In this document: positions 17,299-33,327 of the stretch, in pieces
How positions within the stretch are numbered: the stretch's first letter is position 1
Layout: each line of letters begins with the position of its first letter
NCBI GenBank assembly: GCA_964352995.1
Contig: CAYGUQ010000001.1
Span: forward strand, 1 to 39,143
Direction: 5' to 3'
DNA length: 39,143 bases
Origin: an uncultured Rhodobacterales bacterium
GTDB lineage: Bacteria; Pseudomonadota; Alphaproteobacteria; Rhodobacterales; Rhodobacteraceae
Position numbers and translations under genes: made by a program
Notes under the pieces: model-generated
Told to the model about the DNA's origin: nothing
The model's input: the letters and a program-made list of their open reading frames with translations, nothing else
The model's database searches: none

Positions 17299-18360
17299 AT
17301 GTCAGGAACCGACAGCAGCAAGCTCCCGCACTGGGACCCGGACGGACCAGCCATCGTGCTGGTGCGACCTCAACTTGGCGAGAACATCGGCGCCGCCGCG
17401 CGCGCGATGTGGAACTTCGGCCTGCGCGGCCTGCGGCTGGTCGAACCGCGCGACGGGTGGCCCAACCCGAAGGCGGTGGCGATGGCCTCGGGCGCCGCTA
17501 GCGTGCTGGACGAGGCGCGCGTCTTCGGCTCCACGGCGGAGGCTGTCGCAGATTGCGCCTGCGTCTACGCCACGACGGCGCGGCCGCGCGACATCACCAA
17601 GCCGGTGATGGAGCCGTCCGCCGCCGTCCGCGACATGCGCGGGAGGATCTCGGCGGGGCAGAAAGTCGCCGTGCTCATGGGGCCGGAGCGCACCGGCCTC
17701 GAGACGGACGACATCGTGCAGGCCAACGTCATCGTCTCCGTGCGCACGAACCCCGCCTTTGCGTCGATCAATCTCGCGCAGGCCACTCTGCTCATGGCCT
17801 ACGAGTGGCGAAACTCGGAGGATGCGGTCCACGCTCCCGCCGCCCCCGATCTTGCGACCGCCGACGAGGTGGCGATGCTGCTCGACCATCTCGGCGAGGC
17901 GCTGGCGCGGGCGGGCTACTTCAGGCCGCCTCACAAGGCTCCGGCCATGCGCCGACACGTCGACAACATCTTCCGCCGCGCTCCGTTGACCGAGCAGGAC
18001 GTGCGGACGCTGCGCGGCGCCGTGCGCGCGCTGGACGAAGGCCCGCGTCGCGCCGCCGAGCGCACGCCGGCGGAATGCGCCGACATGAGCCAGCTCCGCG
18101 AAGGCGTCGACGCGATTGACGCCGCCCTCATCAGGCTCTTCGCCGAGCGCACCGAGCACATCGAGCGCGCCGCCGAACTGAAGCTGCGCAACGGCCTTCC
18201 CGCGCGCATCCCCGAGCGGATTGAAGAGGTCGTGCGCGGGGTGCGCTCAAAGGCCGAGGGCGCCGCACTCGACGCCGCGCTCTACGAGCAGATCTGGCGC
18301 CTGCTCATCGATCACGCCATCGCTCTGGAGGAGACGCGGCTCGCGTCTCCCCGTTCCTGA
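17299..18360 (+). CDS. trmJ: TrmJ/LasT-type SPOUT tRNA/rRNA methyltransferase fused to a C-terminal AroQ chorismate mutase-like domain
   Basis: SPOUT motifs VLVRPQLGENIGAAARAM, VLMGPERTGL, NPAFASINLAQA. From about 18061: TPAECADMSQLREGVDAIDAALIRLFAERTEHIERAAELK...PARIPERIEEVV (chorismate mutase/PchB type). No stop between the domains. Confidence 0.82.
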   Translation: MSGTDSSKLPHWDPDGPAIVLVRPQLGENIGAAARAMWNFGLRGLRLVEPRDGWPNPKAVAMASGAASVLDEARVFGSTAEAVADCACVYATTARPRDITKPVMEPSAAVRDMRGRISAGQKVAVLMGPERTGLETDDIVQANVIVSVRTNPAFASINLAQATLLMAYEWRNSEDAVHAPAAPDLATADEVAMLLDHLGEALARAGYFRPPHKAPAMRRHVDNIFRRAPLTEQDVRTLRGAVRALDEGPRRAAERTPAECADMSQLREGVDAIDAALIRLFAERTEHIERAAELKLRNGLPARIPERIEEVVRGVRSKAEGAALDAALYEQIWRLLIDHAIALEETRLASPRS

Positions 18361-18385
18361 CCCGCGACGCCCGTGCGGACGCCCC

Positions 18386-20764
18386 TCAGCCCCTCGTGAG
18401 CACGACGCCCATCCCGTCATGCAGGACGAGTTCGCCGCCCTCGTAGTCGGCGCCGATCTGGGGCGAACGCAGCCGCACCCGCCACCCGTCGGCCGAGGCG
18501 CCCGCCACCGCCGGCGGGCACAACTGAGCGGGGTCGAAGGCGCCCGTGCTGTCGCCTTCGAGATGAACGACCGTGAGCACTTCCTCGCTGTTGTCCGGGC
18601 TGCGCCGATAGCCCGTGATGACGACGGCGCCCTGCACCGGCCGTCGGTAGTCGAAGTACTCTCCGGCGCGCAGGTTCCGCCTGAGCCATGGCCGCGCCAG
18701 CCGAAACTCCCGCAGCGACAACATCATCGCCGTCTGCGCTTCGCCGAGATGCTCAAGGTAGCCCGACACGTTGCAGTAGTCGTGCATGTCGTCCATCCAC
18801 GCCCGCGCGACCCGCTTCAGCAAGGCGGTGTCATAGGGCGAAGGCCCTTCCAGCGGCGGATCGACGTCGTTCAGCAACTTGGCGATGATGGTCAGATCGT
18901 ACTCCGTGACGTCCACCAGCGCCGGCAGGAAGTCGAAGAACCGCGCGAGCTGGTCGCGGGTCTCGAATCCGAGATCCTTCAGCCGACGGAAGGCGCCGGG
19001 GCGCGAGTAGCTGTATTCGTCGACCTGCCACTTCAGCGAGATGGCCTCCTCGGCGACGATCTTCACGCCCCAGCGGTCGTCCTGATTGCGGATGAAGCCC
19101 CAGGACGCGCGGGCGGTGGCGTTCAGGAAGTCCATCGGCACGCCCGGCAGCGCGGCGTAGGTCAGCATCTGCACCGCGGCGTTGTCGTAGGCCTTGTCGA
19201 GGATCTCCATCCGCGTCTCGCCGAGGCGCGTGTTGATGTTGAGCTTGGGGTTGATCTGGGTGCCGCGGCGCAGCGTGTCGTGGTTGGCGACGCCGGAGAT
19301 CCAGTTCTCGCCGACGTCGAGCATCTCCCGGATGCGCCACCATTTCGACAGCCAGAACGTGTAGAGAAACGGCGTGTTGTGGGCGAAGGTCAGCGGACCC
19401 CACTGGAAGACGTCGCCGTCGCGCTGGTTCTCGATCACCGCGCGATAGGTCGAGCTGAGCTCCCAGTCCTCCTGCGGCCAGGGGCGGCCGTCCTCGAAGA
19501 TGAACCACGGCCGATAGCGGACGCCGGCGACTTCCTGCACGACGTCGGCCATGGCCTGCAGGTAGTCGTCGTCGTGGCGCAGGGTCTGGGCGTCGCTGTC
19601 CCACCACTTGAAGTCCTGCGCGCCGTCGACGCGCACGCCGTCGGCCCCGTAGTCGACCTTGCGGCGCTGCATCTCCAGCATGATCGCGCGGACTACCGGA
19701 TTGCGGTAGTTCATGTTCTGCCCGTACATGTTCGGGCCGGCGAAATAGTGGCTGTTCAGCGCGTCGAGCCCCTGATTGTCGGAATGCCCGAACACCACGT
19801 CGAAGATGAGCCGCTTCGGAGCGCCGGGAAAGTTGTGCAGCGCGACGGCGAGGTCGATCAGTTCGTCCGGGCGCCCGGTTTCGAGAAGGGCGGGGTTCAC
19901 CGCCGCGGCGCCGGCGATGACCACGTCATAGCCCCAGTTGGTCGTGTCGGGGCGACGCAGGTCGACCGAGAGCGCGTCGTCGCCGGCATCGGTCTCGGAC
20001 CAGAAGGCGGGGCCCGCCTCATAGACCGTCGTCGGCTCGACCGGCAGCAGCTGCACGGCCTCGTAGCCGAGAAAGACGCGGTCTGCGGGCGCGAGTTCAA
20101 CGCCGCGCCGCACCCTGTCGGCAAGAAGGTCGAAGTGGCGCGCTAGGCTCGCCAGCGTCATGCCTGCCGTGGCGGTGGGCGGATGCACCTGCAGGATGTT
20201 GGCGCAGGGGCCGAGTTTCACGTGATCGGCGTCGTCGGAACCCGCCCCGCGAAGAGCTTCGAAATAGTCGCGGTCGCCGCGGGCGGCCTGCATCGCGGCC
20301 ACGTCGTAGTACTCCGCCGGCGCGAAGGCGCCGAAGGGCAGCGAGGCCGCCAGCGGGTCGAGTATACGCCGCCACGCGCCTTCCGCGTCGCGCCACGCCA
20401 GCGCGTAGAACGATCCGATGGTCTCGCGCGTGCCTGCCGTCATGCCCTCGACCGCCGCGAAGCAGAACGCCTCGACGCGCATAACCGGCGCCAACGAGCG
20501 GCGGAACCGCGCCGTCTGGCGCGACGTGACGAGGCTCAGCGGGGCCTCGGGCGTCAGCACCTCCAGAAAAACGTCGCCGTCCGGCACGCGGCGCTCAAGA
20601 AGCTCAGGCGCCCAGAAGCCCACTTCGCACAGGGTCCCCGAACGCCGCGCACCCAGCATGCGCGCCACTTGACGCGCGCCGTCGAAGGCGTTCGGCGCGT
20701 TGTGCAAGGCGTCAGCGCAGGCGGCGGCCAGGGCCTCCGTCGCGTCGTCGTCCCGGGCTATCAT
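18386..20764 (-). CDS. gghA: Glucosylglycerol hydrolase-like glycoside hydrolase (alpha-amylase clan)
   Basis: GGAGAAAG RBS. DPLAASLPFGAFAPAE, VQLLPVEPT, NWGYD, DVVFGH, nucleophile region GADGVRVDGAQDF, FEDGRPWP, QWGPL, NHDT. These resemble cyanobacterial GghA as I recall it. Confidence 0.75.
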   Translation of the reverse strand: MIARDDDATEALAAACADALHNAPNAFDGARQVARMLGARRSGTLCEVGFWAPELLERRVPDGDVFLEVLTPEAPLSLVTSRQTARFRRSLAPVMRVEAFCFAAVEGMTAGTRETIGSFYALAWRDAEGAWRRILDPLAASLPFGAFAPAEYYDVAAMQAARGDRDYFEALRGAGSDDADHVKLGPCANILQVHPPTATAGMTLASLARHFDLLADRVRRGVELAPADRVFLGYEAVQLLPVEPTTVYEAGPAFWSETDAGDDALSVDLRRPDTTNWGYDVVIAGAAAVNPALLETGRPDELIDLAVALHNFPGAPKRLIFDVVFGHSDNQGLDALNSHYFAGPNMYGQNMNYRNPVVRAIMLEMQRRKVDYGADGVRVDGAQDFKWWDSDAQTLRHDDDYLQAMADVVQEVAGVRYRPWFIFEDGRPWPQEDWELSSTYRAVIENQRDGDVFQWGPLTFAHNTPFLYTFWLSKWWRIREMLDVGENWISGVANHDTLRRGTQINPKLNINTRLGETRMEILDKAYDNAAVQMLTYAALPGVPMDFLNATARASWGFIRNQDDRWGVKIVAEEAISLKWQVDEYSYSRPGAFRRLKDLGFETRDQLARFFDFLPALVDVTEYDLTIIAKLLNDVDPPLEGPSPYDTALLKRVARAWMDDMHDYCNVSGYLEHLGEAQTAMMLSLREFRLARPWLRRNLRAGEYFDYRRPVQGAVVITGYRRSPDNSEEVLTVVHLEGDSTGAFDPAQLCPPAVAGASADGWRVRLRSPQIGADYEGGELVLHDGMGVVLTRG

Positions 20765-20933
20765 GGCTTTCTCCGCAGTGTTTTCATGCGGGGAGCAGCG
20801 CCGGCAGGTTGGGGCGCCGTCCCGACTTCAGGGCAGTGCCGCATACTTTACACAGCATCGCAAGGCAGGCGGCCGCGCTTGTCGAGGGCGCGCTGACGGG
20901 CGCCGCGGCGCGCCGGACCGATCGTGGCGGCTT

Positions 20934-22034
20934 TCAGCGCGCGGCGACGGTCTCGAGGGCGGGCGCCCATCCCTGCATCTCGTTGCGCAGGATCGCGACC
21001 ATCATGTCGATGTGGGCGTCATCGTCGTTCAGGCAGGGAATATACGTGAAGCTTTCGCCGCCGGCCTCCTCGAAGCTCTCCTTGATCTCCTCGTTGATCT
21101 CTTCGAGTGTCTCGACGCAGTCCGACGAGAAGGCCGGCGCCATGATCGCGATGCGCTTCTTGCCGGCCTCGGCGAGGCGGGCGACCTCCTCGACCGTGTA
21201 GGGCTGGAGCCATTCCTCGGGGCCGAAGCGCGACTGGAAGGTGACCTTCACCTCCTCCTTGTCGAAGCCTAGGCGCTCGCGCATCAGCCGCGTCGTCTTG
21301 CAGCAGAGGCAGTGATAGGGGTCGCCTTCCTTGAGATACCGGAACGGCAGTCCGTGATAGCTCGTGACGAGCACGTCCGGGCGGTGATCGAGCTTTGCGT
21401 AGGCGCGCTCGACCGACTGCGCCAGCGCCTCGATGTAAAGGGGATGATCGGCGTAGTGCGGCACGGTTCGGATGGCCGGCTGCCAGTTCATCTTCATCAG
21501 CGTGCGGAAGGCGTGGTCGTTGGCCGTGGCCGTCGTCGGCGCGGAGTACTGCGGATAGAGGGGAAAGAAGACGATGCGCTCGCAACCTTCGTCCTTGAGG
21601 CGGCGGATGGCGCTGTCCGTCGAGGGGTTGCCGTAGCGCATGCAGAAATCGACCATCACGCTGTCGCCGTAGAGTTTGGCGAAGGCCGTGCGCACCTTCT
21701 CGGTCTGGTTGCGGGTGGTCGTCAGCAGCGGGCTCTCGTCGGCTTCGTTGTTCCAGATGCCGCGATACGCCTCGCCGGATGAAAACGGGCGCTTCGTGAG
21801 GATCACGAGTTGAAGCAGCGGCTGCCAGAGCCACGAGGGATAGTCGATGACGCGCTTGTCGCTCAGGAACTCGCCGAGGTAGCGGCGCATCGACCAGTAG
21901 TCGGTGCCGTCGGGGGTGCCGAGGTTGACGAGAAGGACGCCGACCTTCGCTGGCGCGACCGGCGGATGGTCCGGCGTGGCGTGCGTGAGACGGCCCATGC
22001 CTGGCGCATCGCGTCGTGTCTGCATGTCCAGCAT
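20934..22034 (-). CDS. hemH: Ferrochelatase
   Basis: GVLLVNLGTPD, YLGEFLSD-x-RV, MRYGNPS, PLYPQYS, SYHGLP, GDPY, FQSRFG-x2-EWLQPYT, DCVETLEE. Start chosen at the ATG with GGAGA RBS. Confidence 0.95.
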   Translation of the reverse strand: MLDMQTRRDAPGMGRLTHATPDHPPVAPAKVGVLLVNLGTPDGTDYWSMRRYLGEFLSDKRVIDYPSWLWQPLLQLVILTKRPFSSGEAYRGIWNNEADESPLLTTTRNQTEKVRTAFAKLYGDSVMVDFCMRYGNPSTDSAIRRLKDEGCERIVFFPLYPQYSAPTTATANDHAFRTLMKMNWQPAIRTVPHYADHPLYIEALAQSVERAYAKLDHRPDVLVTSYHGLPFRYLKEGDPYHCLCCKTTRLMRERLGFDKEEVKVTFQSRFGPEEWLQPYTVEEVARLAEAGKKRIAIMAPAFSSDCVETLEEINEEIKESFEEAGGESFTYIPCLNDDDAHIDMMVAILRNEMQGWAPALETVAAR

Positions 22035-22139
22035 AGCGTCTTTCTCCATCATCCCCTGCGGCGTGGAGACACATAGCGGTTTGGGCGGCGCGATCAAACC
22101 CGCAACAGCCCTTCTCGCTGCCGGGGGTGGGCGCAATTG

Positions 22140-22167
22140 AAAAGGCCCGACGCGTGCGTCGGGCCTT
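22140..22167 (-). terminator. Rho-independent terminator of the giant phosphatase/nuclease gene
   Basis: Minus strand AAGGCCCGACG-CACG-CGTCGGGCCTT-TT, about 50 nt after the stop. Confidence 0.7.
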
Positions 22168-22181
22168 GCGTCAGTATGGCG

Positions 22182-22213
22182 GCGCGGCGCTCCGGCCGAC
22201 CGGAGCGCCGCGC
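22182..22213. other. Second perfect 14-bp hairpin immediately after the stop codon
   Basis: GCGCGGCGCTCCGG-CCGA-CCGGAGCGCCGCGC. Confidence 0.5.
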
Positions 22214-22216
22214 GCG

Positions 22217-29434
<7,218 letters not shown>

Positions 29435-29595
29435 CGGGCTCAATCTCCATTACTGGCGACGGCCGCGACTGGCGACCGATCACACGCTGATCAACAAGCG
29501 CGCAACTCGCGCCGATCCACGGCGAACCGCTACGCTTTCAGAGTTCGTTAACCAGTCGATATCTGATCGGCGACGCCTTGTGACGCCTGATTTTC

Positions 29596-29646
29596 ATGAA
29601 GTTTTTTGAGGCATGGCATGTCAGATCGATGACATGTCGATGACCG
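29596..29646 (-). promoter_or_regulatory. Tandem Pho-box-like direct repeats (PhoB site)
   Basis: Minus strand CGGTCAT-CGAC-ATGTCAT-CGAT-CTGACAT, three heptamers at 11-nt period resembling CTGTCAT. A further in-register ACTTCAT lies 22 nt later. Located upstream of the phosphatase/nuclease gene. Confidence 0.65.
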
Positions 29647-29658
29647 GCGGCCCCGACC

Positions 29659-30780
29659 TCAGTCGGCCGGCGCCATGCGCAGCAGCGCGCCGTCGGCTTC
29701 GTCGGTAAGGAACCAGATCGCGCCGTCCGGGCCGACGCGGACGTCGCGAATCCGCCCGAAGTCTCCGTCGAGAATGCGCTCCTCGGCCCCTATGCCCTGC
29801 GGGCCGACTTCGAGGCGGGAGAGCAGCTGATACTTCAGCGCGCCGGCCACGATCGCGCCGGCCCATTCAGGGATGAGGTCGCCGCCATAGACCGCCAGGC
29901 CGGACGGCGCGATGGAGGGGTCCCAGTAGAACGCGGGCTGCTCCATGCCTTCCTTCGCAGTTCCCTCGCCAATGCGCGCGCCGGAATAGTGCGTGCCGTA
30001 GCTGATCACCGGCCAGCCGTAGTTGCGGCCGGCCTGCGGCTGGTTGACCTCGTCGCCGCCGGCCGCGCCATGCTCGACGGTCCAGAGGCGGCCTTCCGCG
30101 TCGAGCGCCGCGCCCTGAGGGTTGCGGTGGCCGTAGGACCAGATCTCGGGCAGCGCATCGGCGCGGCCCTGGAACGGGTTGTCGCCCGGCGCCGAGCCGT
30201 CGGGTGCGAGCCGCAGCACCTTGCCGGCATGGTCGCGCAGGTCTTGCGCGCGCGACGGCTCGCCGCGGTCGCCCGTCGTCACGAACAGCGTGCCGTCTGC
30301 GTTCACGACGATGCGCCCGCCGAAGTGGCGGCCGCCCGAGGACGGCTTGTTCATGCGGAAGACGACCTTCACATTCTCCAGCCGATCCTCCACAAGCCGC
30401 GCCCGGGCCACCGCCGTCGCGGCGCCGCCGTCGCTCGGTTCGGCGAAAGAAAAGTAGAGGCGGCCGGAAGTCTCGAAGTCGGGCGCAAGGGCGACGTCGA
30501 ACAGACCGCCCTGGCCGGAGGCGTACACTTCCGGCAAGCCCGGTATAGGCGCGGAGACCACGCCGGCGGCGATCAGGCGCATCCGGCCCGACCGCTCCGT
30601 GACGAGCTGGCGGCCGTCGGGAAGGAAGGCGACCGACCAGGGATGCTCGAGTCCCGTCGCCGCGGTCTCGATGCGCATGAACCCCGCCGAACTGTCCACC
30701 ACCTTGGTCTCGGCGGCCTGAAGGGAGGCGGCGCCGAGGCAGGCTGCAAGGGCGAGGGCGAGGCGGCGGGAATGGCTCAT
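29659..30780 (-). CDS. PQQ-dependent sugar dehydrogenase (YliI/Asd, GSDH family), exported
   Basis: Signal peptide. GLEHPWSVAFLPDG, GQGGLFDVAL, HFGGRI, WSYGHRNPQG, EHGAAGGDEVN, NYGWP, SIAPSG, GRIRDV. Confidence 0.92.
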   Translation of the reverse strand: MSHSRRLALALAACLGAASLQAAETKVVDSSAGFMRIETAATGLEHPWSVAFLPDGRQLVTERSGRMRLIAAGVVSAPIPGLPEVYASGQGGLFDVALAPDFETSGRLYFSFAEPSDGGAATAVARARLVEDRLENVKVVFRMNKPSSGGRHFGGRIVVNADGTLFVTTGDRGEPSRAQDLRDHAGKVLRLAPDGSAPGDNPFQGRADALPEIWSYGHRNPQGAALDAEGRLWTVEHGAAGGDEVNQPQAGRNYGWPVISYGTHYSGARIGEGTAKEGMEQPAFYWDPSIAPSGLAVYGGDLIPEWAGAIVAGALKYQLLSRLEVGPQGIGAEERILDGDFGRIRDVRVGPDGAIWFLTDEADGALLRMAPAD

Positions 30781-30856
30781 GGCTCTGCTCCGGATCGACA
30801 CATGCTCCAGAGTTAGGATCGCACGCCGACTTGTCAGCCCGCGCCGCCTCCGCGCG

Positions 30857-31855
30857 TCACGCCTTCAGCGCCCGCGCAGCCTCCGGGGCGAAGTAGGTGA
30901 GGATGCCGTCGCAGCCGGCGCGCTTGAGGCACTGCAGGCTCTCCATCATGGCGCGCTCGCCGTCGAGCCAGCCGTTTGCGGCGGCGGCCTTGATCATCGA
31001 ATATTCGCCTGAGACGTTGTAGGCGAAGACAGGGCAGGCGAACTCCTGCTTCAGGCGGCGGATGATGTCGAGATAGGGCAGGCCCGGCTTGACCATCACC
31101 ATGTCGGAGCCCTCCGCGAGGTCCATCGCGGTCTCGCGCAGCGCCTCGTCGCTGTTGCCGGGGTCCATCTGGTAGGTCTTCTTGTCGCCCTTGAGCGCCC
31201 CGCCGGAGCCCACCGCCTCGCGGAACGGCGAGAAGAAGCACGAGGCGTACTTGGCCGCGTAGCTCATGATCAGGACGTCGTGGAACCCGGCGCCCTCGAG
31301 CGCGCCGCGCATCGCGGCGACGCGGCCGTCCATCATGTCGGACGGGCCGAGGATGTCGGCGCCGGCCTCCGCCTGCGCGAGCGTCTGGCGCACGAGGCAC
31401 TCCAGCGAGGGGTCGTTGGCGACCTTGCCGTCGATCACCAGCCCGTCATGGCCGTCGGCGTTGTAGGGGTCGAGCGCGACGTCGAGCATCACGCCGATCT
31501 CCGGCACCGCCTTCTTGATGGCGCGGGTGGCGCGGTTGACGAGGTTCTCGGGGTTCCACGCCTCCTCGCAGCTCGCGGTCTTCAGGCTCTCCTCGGTGTA
31601 CGGAAACAGTTCGATGGCCGAGATGCCGAGCTTCGCGGCGCCTTCCGCGGCGCGCACGGCGCGGTCGATGGTGAGGCGCTCCACGCCCGGCATCGACGGC
31701 ACCGGCTCCGACCGGTCCTTCCCCTCGATGATGAAGATCGGCCAGATCAGGTCGTCGGCGGTGAGGGTCGTCTCGCGGACCATGCGCCTGGCCCAGGGCG
31801 CCTGGCGCAGGCGGCGGGGGCGGGCGTGCGGGTAGGCGGCGGTGACGGTCGGCAT
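30857..31855 (-). CDS. hemB: Porphobilinogen synthase (ALA dehydratase), Zn-independent type
   Basis: RPRRLR, DVALDPY-x3-GHDG (no Cys triad), PSDMMDGRV, YAAKYAS, YQMD, MVKPG, AYNVSGEYSMI. Confidence 0.97.
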   Translation of the reverse strand: MPTVTAAYPHARPRRLRQAPWARRMVRETTLTADDLIWPIFIIEGKDRSEPVPSMPGVERLTIDRAVRAAEGAAKLGISAIELFPYTEESLKTASCEEAWNPENLVNRATRAIKKAVPEIGVMLDVALDPYNADGHDGLVIDGKVANDPSLECLVRQTLAQAEAGADILGPSDMMDGRVAAMRGALEGAGFHDVLIMSYAAKYASCFFSPFREAVGSGGALKGDKKTYQMDPGNSDEALRETAMDLAEGSDMVMVKPGLPYLDIIRRLKQEFACPVFAYNVSGEYSMIKAAAANGWLDGERAMMESLQCLKRAGCDGILTYFAPEAARALKA

Positions 31856-32091
31856 GGCGGTCCTCCAGCCCCATCGATGCCATGCCGCGGCGGATACGGC
31901 GAAAAGACAGATCGCCGCGGCCCCGGCGAGCGCGCCCTCCGGCGCCGCAGACCTCCGCCGGCGCCGGAGTTCTTCGGGACTGGGCCGCGAGCAGGGCGGC
32001 GCGCACAGACCGCTTTCCGTCGCCCGCCGTTTCGCCGAAGGTCGCGCATGGGCGCGCAGGGCGGATTCGCGCCCGTGGAAGAGGTTGCGGC

Positions 32092-33237
32092 ATGGACTTC
32101 ACGCTGACCGAGGAGCAGGCGCAGATCGTCGCCATGGTCGACGCCTTCGCGGCCGAGAAGCTCGCGCCCCATACCGGCGAATGGGACCGGACGGCGCATT
32201 TCCCCCTCGACGTGATGCGGGAGGCCGCTGCGCTCGGCCTCGCCGGCGTCTTCGTGGACCCCGAGCACGGCGGCTCGGGCCTCGGGCGGCTCGACGGGGC
32301 GCTGATCTTCGAAGGGCTCGCGAAGGGCTGCGTCTCGACCTCGGCCTTCCTCACGATACACAACATGGTCGCCGGCATGATCGACCGCTACGGCGGCGCC
32401 GACCAGAAGGCGCGCTGGCTGCCTCAGCTCTGCTCGATGGAGACCGTGGCGAGCTACTGCCTCACCGAACCCGGCTCCGGCTCCGACGCCGCGGCGCTGA
32501 GGACGACGGCGCGGGCCGACGGCGACAGCGCCTACGTTCTGAACGGGTCCAAGGCGTTCATCTCCGGCGCGGGCGCCTCGGACCTCTACGCCGTCATGTG
32601 CCGCACCGGCGAGGCGGGGCCGAAGGGCATCTCGTGCCTGCTGGTGGAGAAGGGGACGCCGGGGATGAGCTTCGGCGCGCCTGAGCGCAAGATGGGCTGG
32701 AACAGCCAGCCGACGGCGGTGGTCTCCTTCGACGAGTGCCGGGTGCCGGCGGAGAACCGGCTGGGGCCGGAGGGCCACGGCTTCCGCTACGCCATGGCGG
32801 GGCTGGACGGCGGGCGCATCAACATCGCGGCCTGCTCGCTCGGCGGCGCGGCGTGGGCGCTGGAGGCCGCCACAGCGCATGTGAAGGAGCGCGTCGCGTT
32901 CGGCAAGCCGTTGAGCGCGCTGCAGGCGGTGCAGTTCAGGCTGGCCGACATGGCGACGGCGCTGGAGGCCTCGCGGCTGATGACCTGGGCGGCGGCGGAC
33001 GCGCTCGACCGGGGCGACCCGGAGGCGACGAAGCGCTCGGCGATGGCCAAGCGCTTCGCGACGGACGCCTGTTTCAACGTCGTCGACGAGGCGCTGCAAC
33101 TCTTTGGCGGATATGGCTATATCGCCGACTATGGCGTCGAGCAGCGGCTGCGGGACCTCCGCGTGCATCGCATTCTGGAAGGCGCCAACGACATCATGCG
33201 CGTCATCATCAGCCGCAGGCTGCTCGACGCAGCCTGA
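32092..33237 (+). CDS. Acyl-CoA dehydrogenase, isobutyryl-CoA dehydrogenase-like
   Basis: ATG 32092 (MDFTLTEEQ). IHNM, SYCLTEPGSGSDAAAL, NGSKAFISG, KMGWNSQPT, GLDGGRINIAACSLG, GGYGY, RVHRILEG-x-N. Confidence 0.9.
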   Translation: MDFTLTEEQAQIVAMVDAFAAEKLAPHTGEWDRTAHFPLDVMREAAALGLAGVFVDPEHGGSGLGRLDGALIFEGLAKGCVSTSAFLTIHNMVAGMIDRYGGADQKARWLPQLCSMETVASYCLTEPGSGSDAAALRTTARADGDSAYVLNGSKAFISGAGASDLYAVMCRTGEAGPKGISCLLVEKGTPGMSFGAPERKMGWNSQPTAVVSFDECRVPAENRLGPEGHGFRYAMAGLDGGRINIAACSLGGAAWALEAATAHVKERVAFGKPLSALQAVQFRLADMATALEASRLMTWAAADALDRGDPEATKRSAMAKRFATDACFNVVDEALQLFGGYGYIADYGVEQRLRDLRVHRILEGANDIMRVIISRRLLDAA

Positions 33238-33327
33238 CGCGGTGCGCGGCGGCGCGCGGGGCGTGGACCAGCCAGCGACGGCGTTCTCGCGAGCGGGCGC
33301 TTCAGCCCGCTTCCGCACCGCCCCGCC

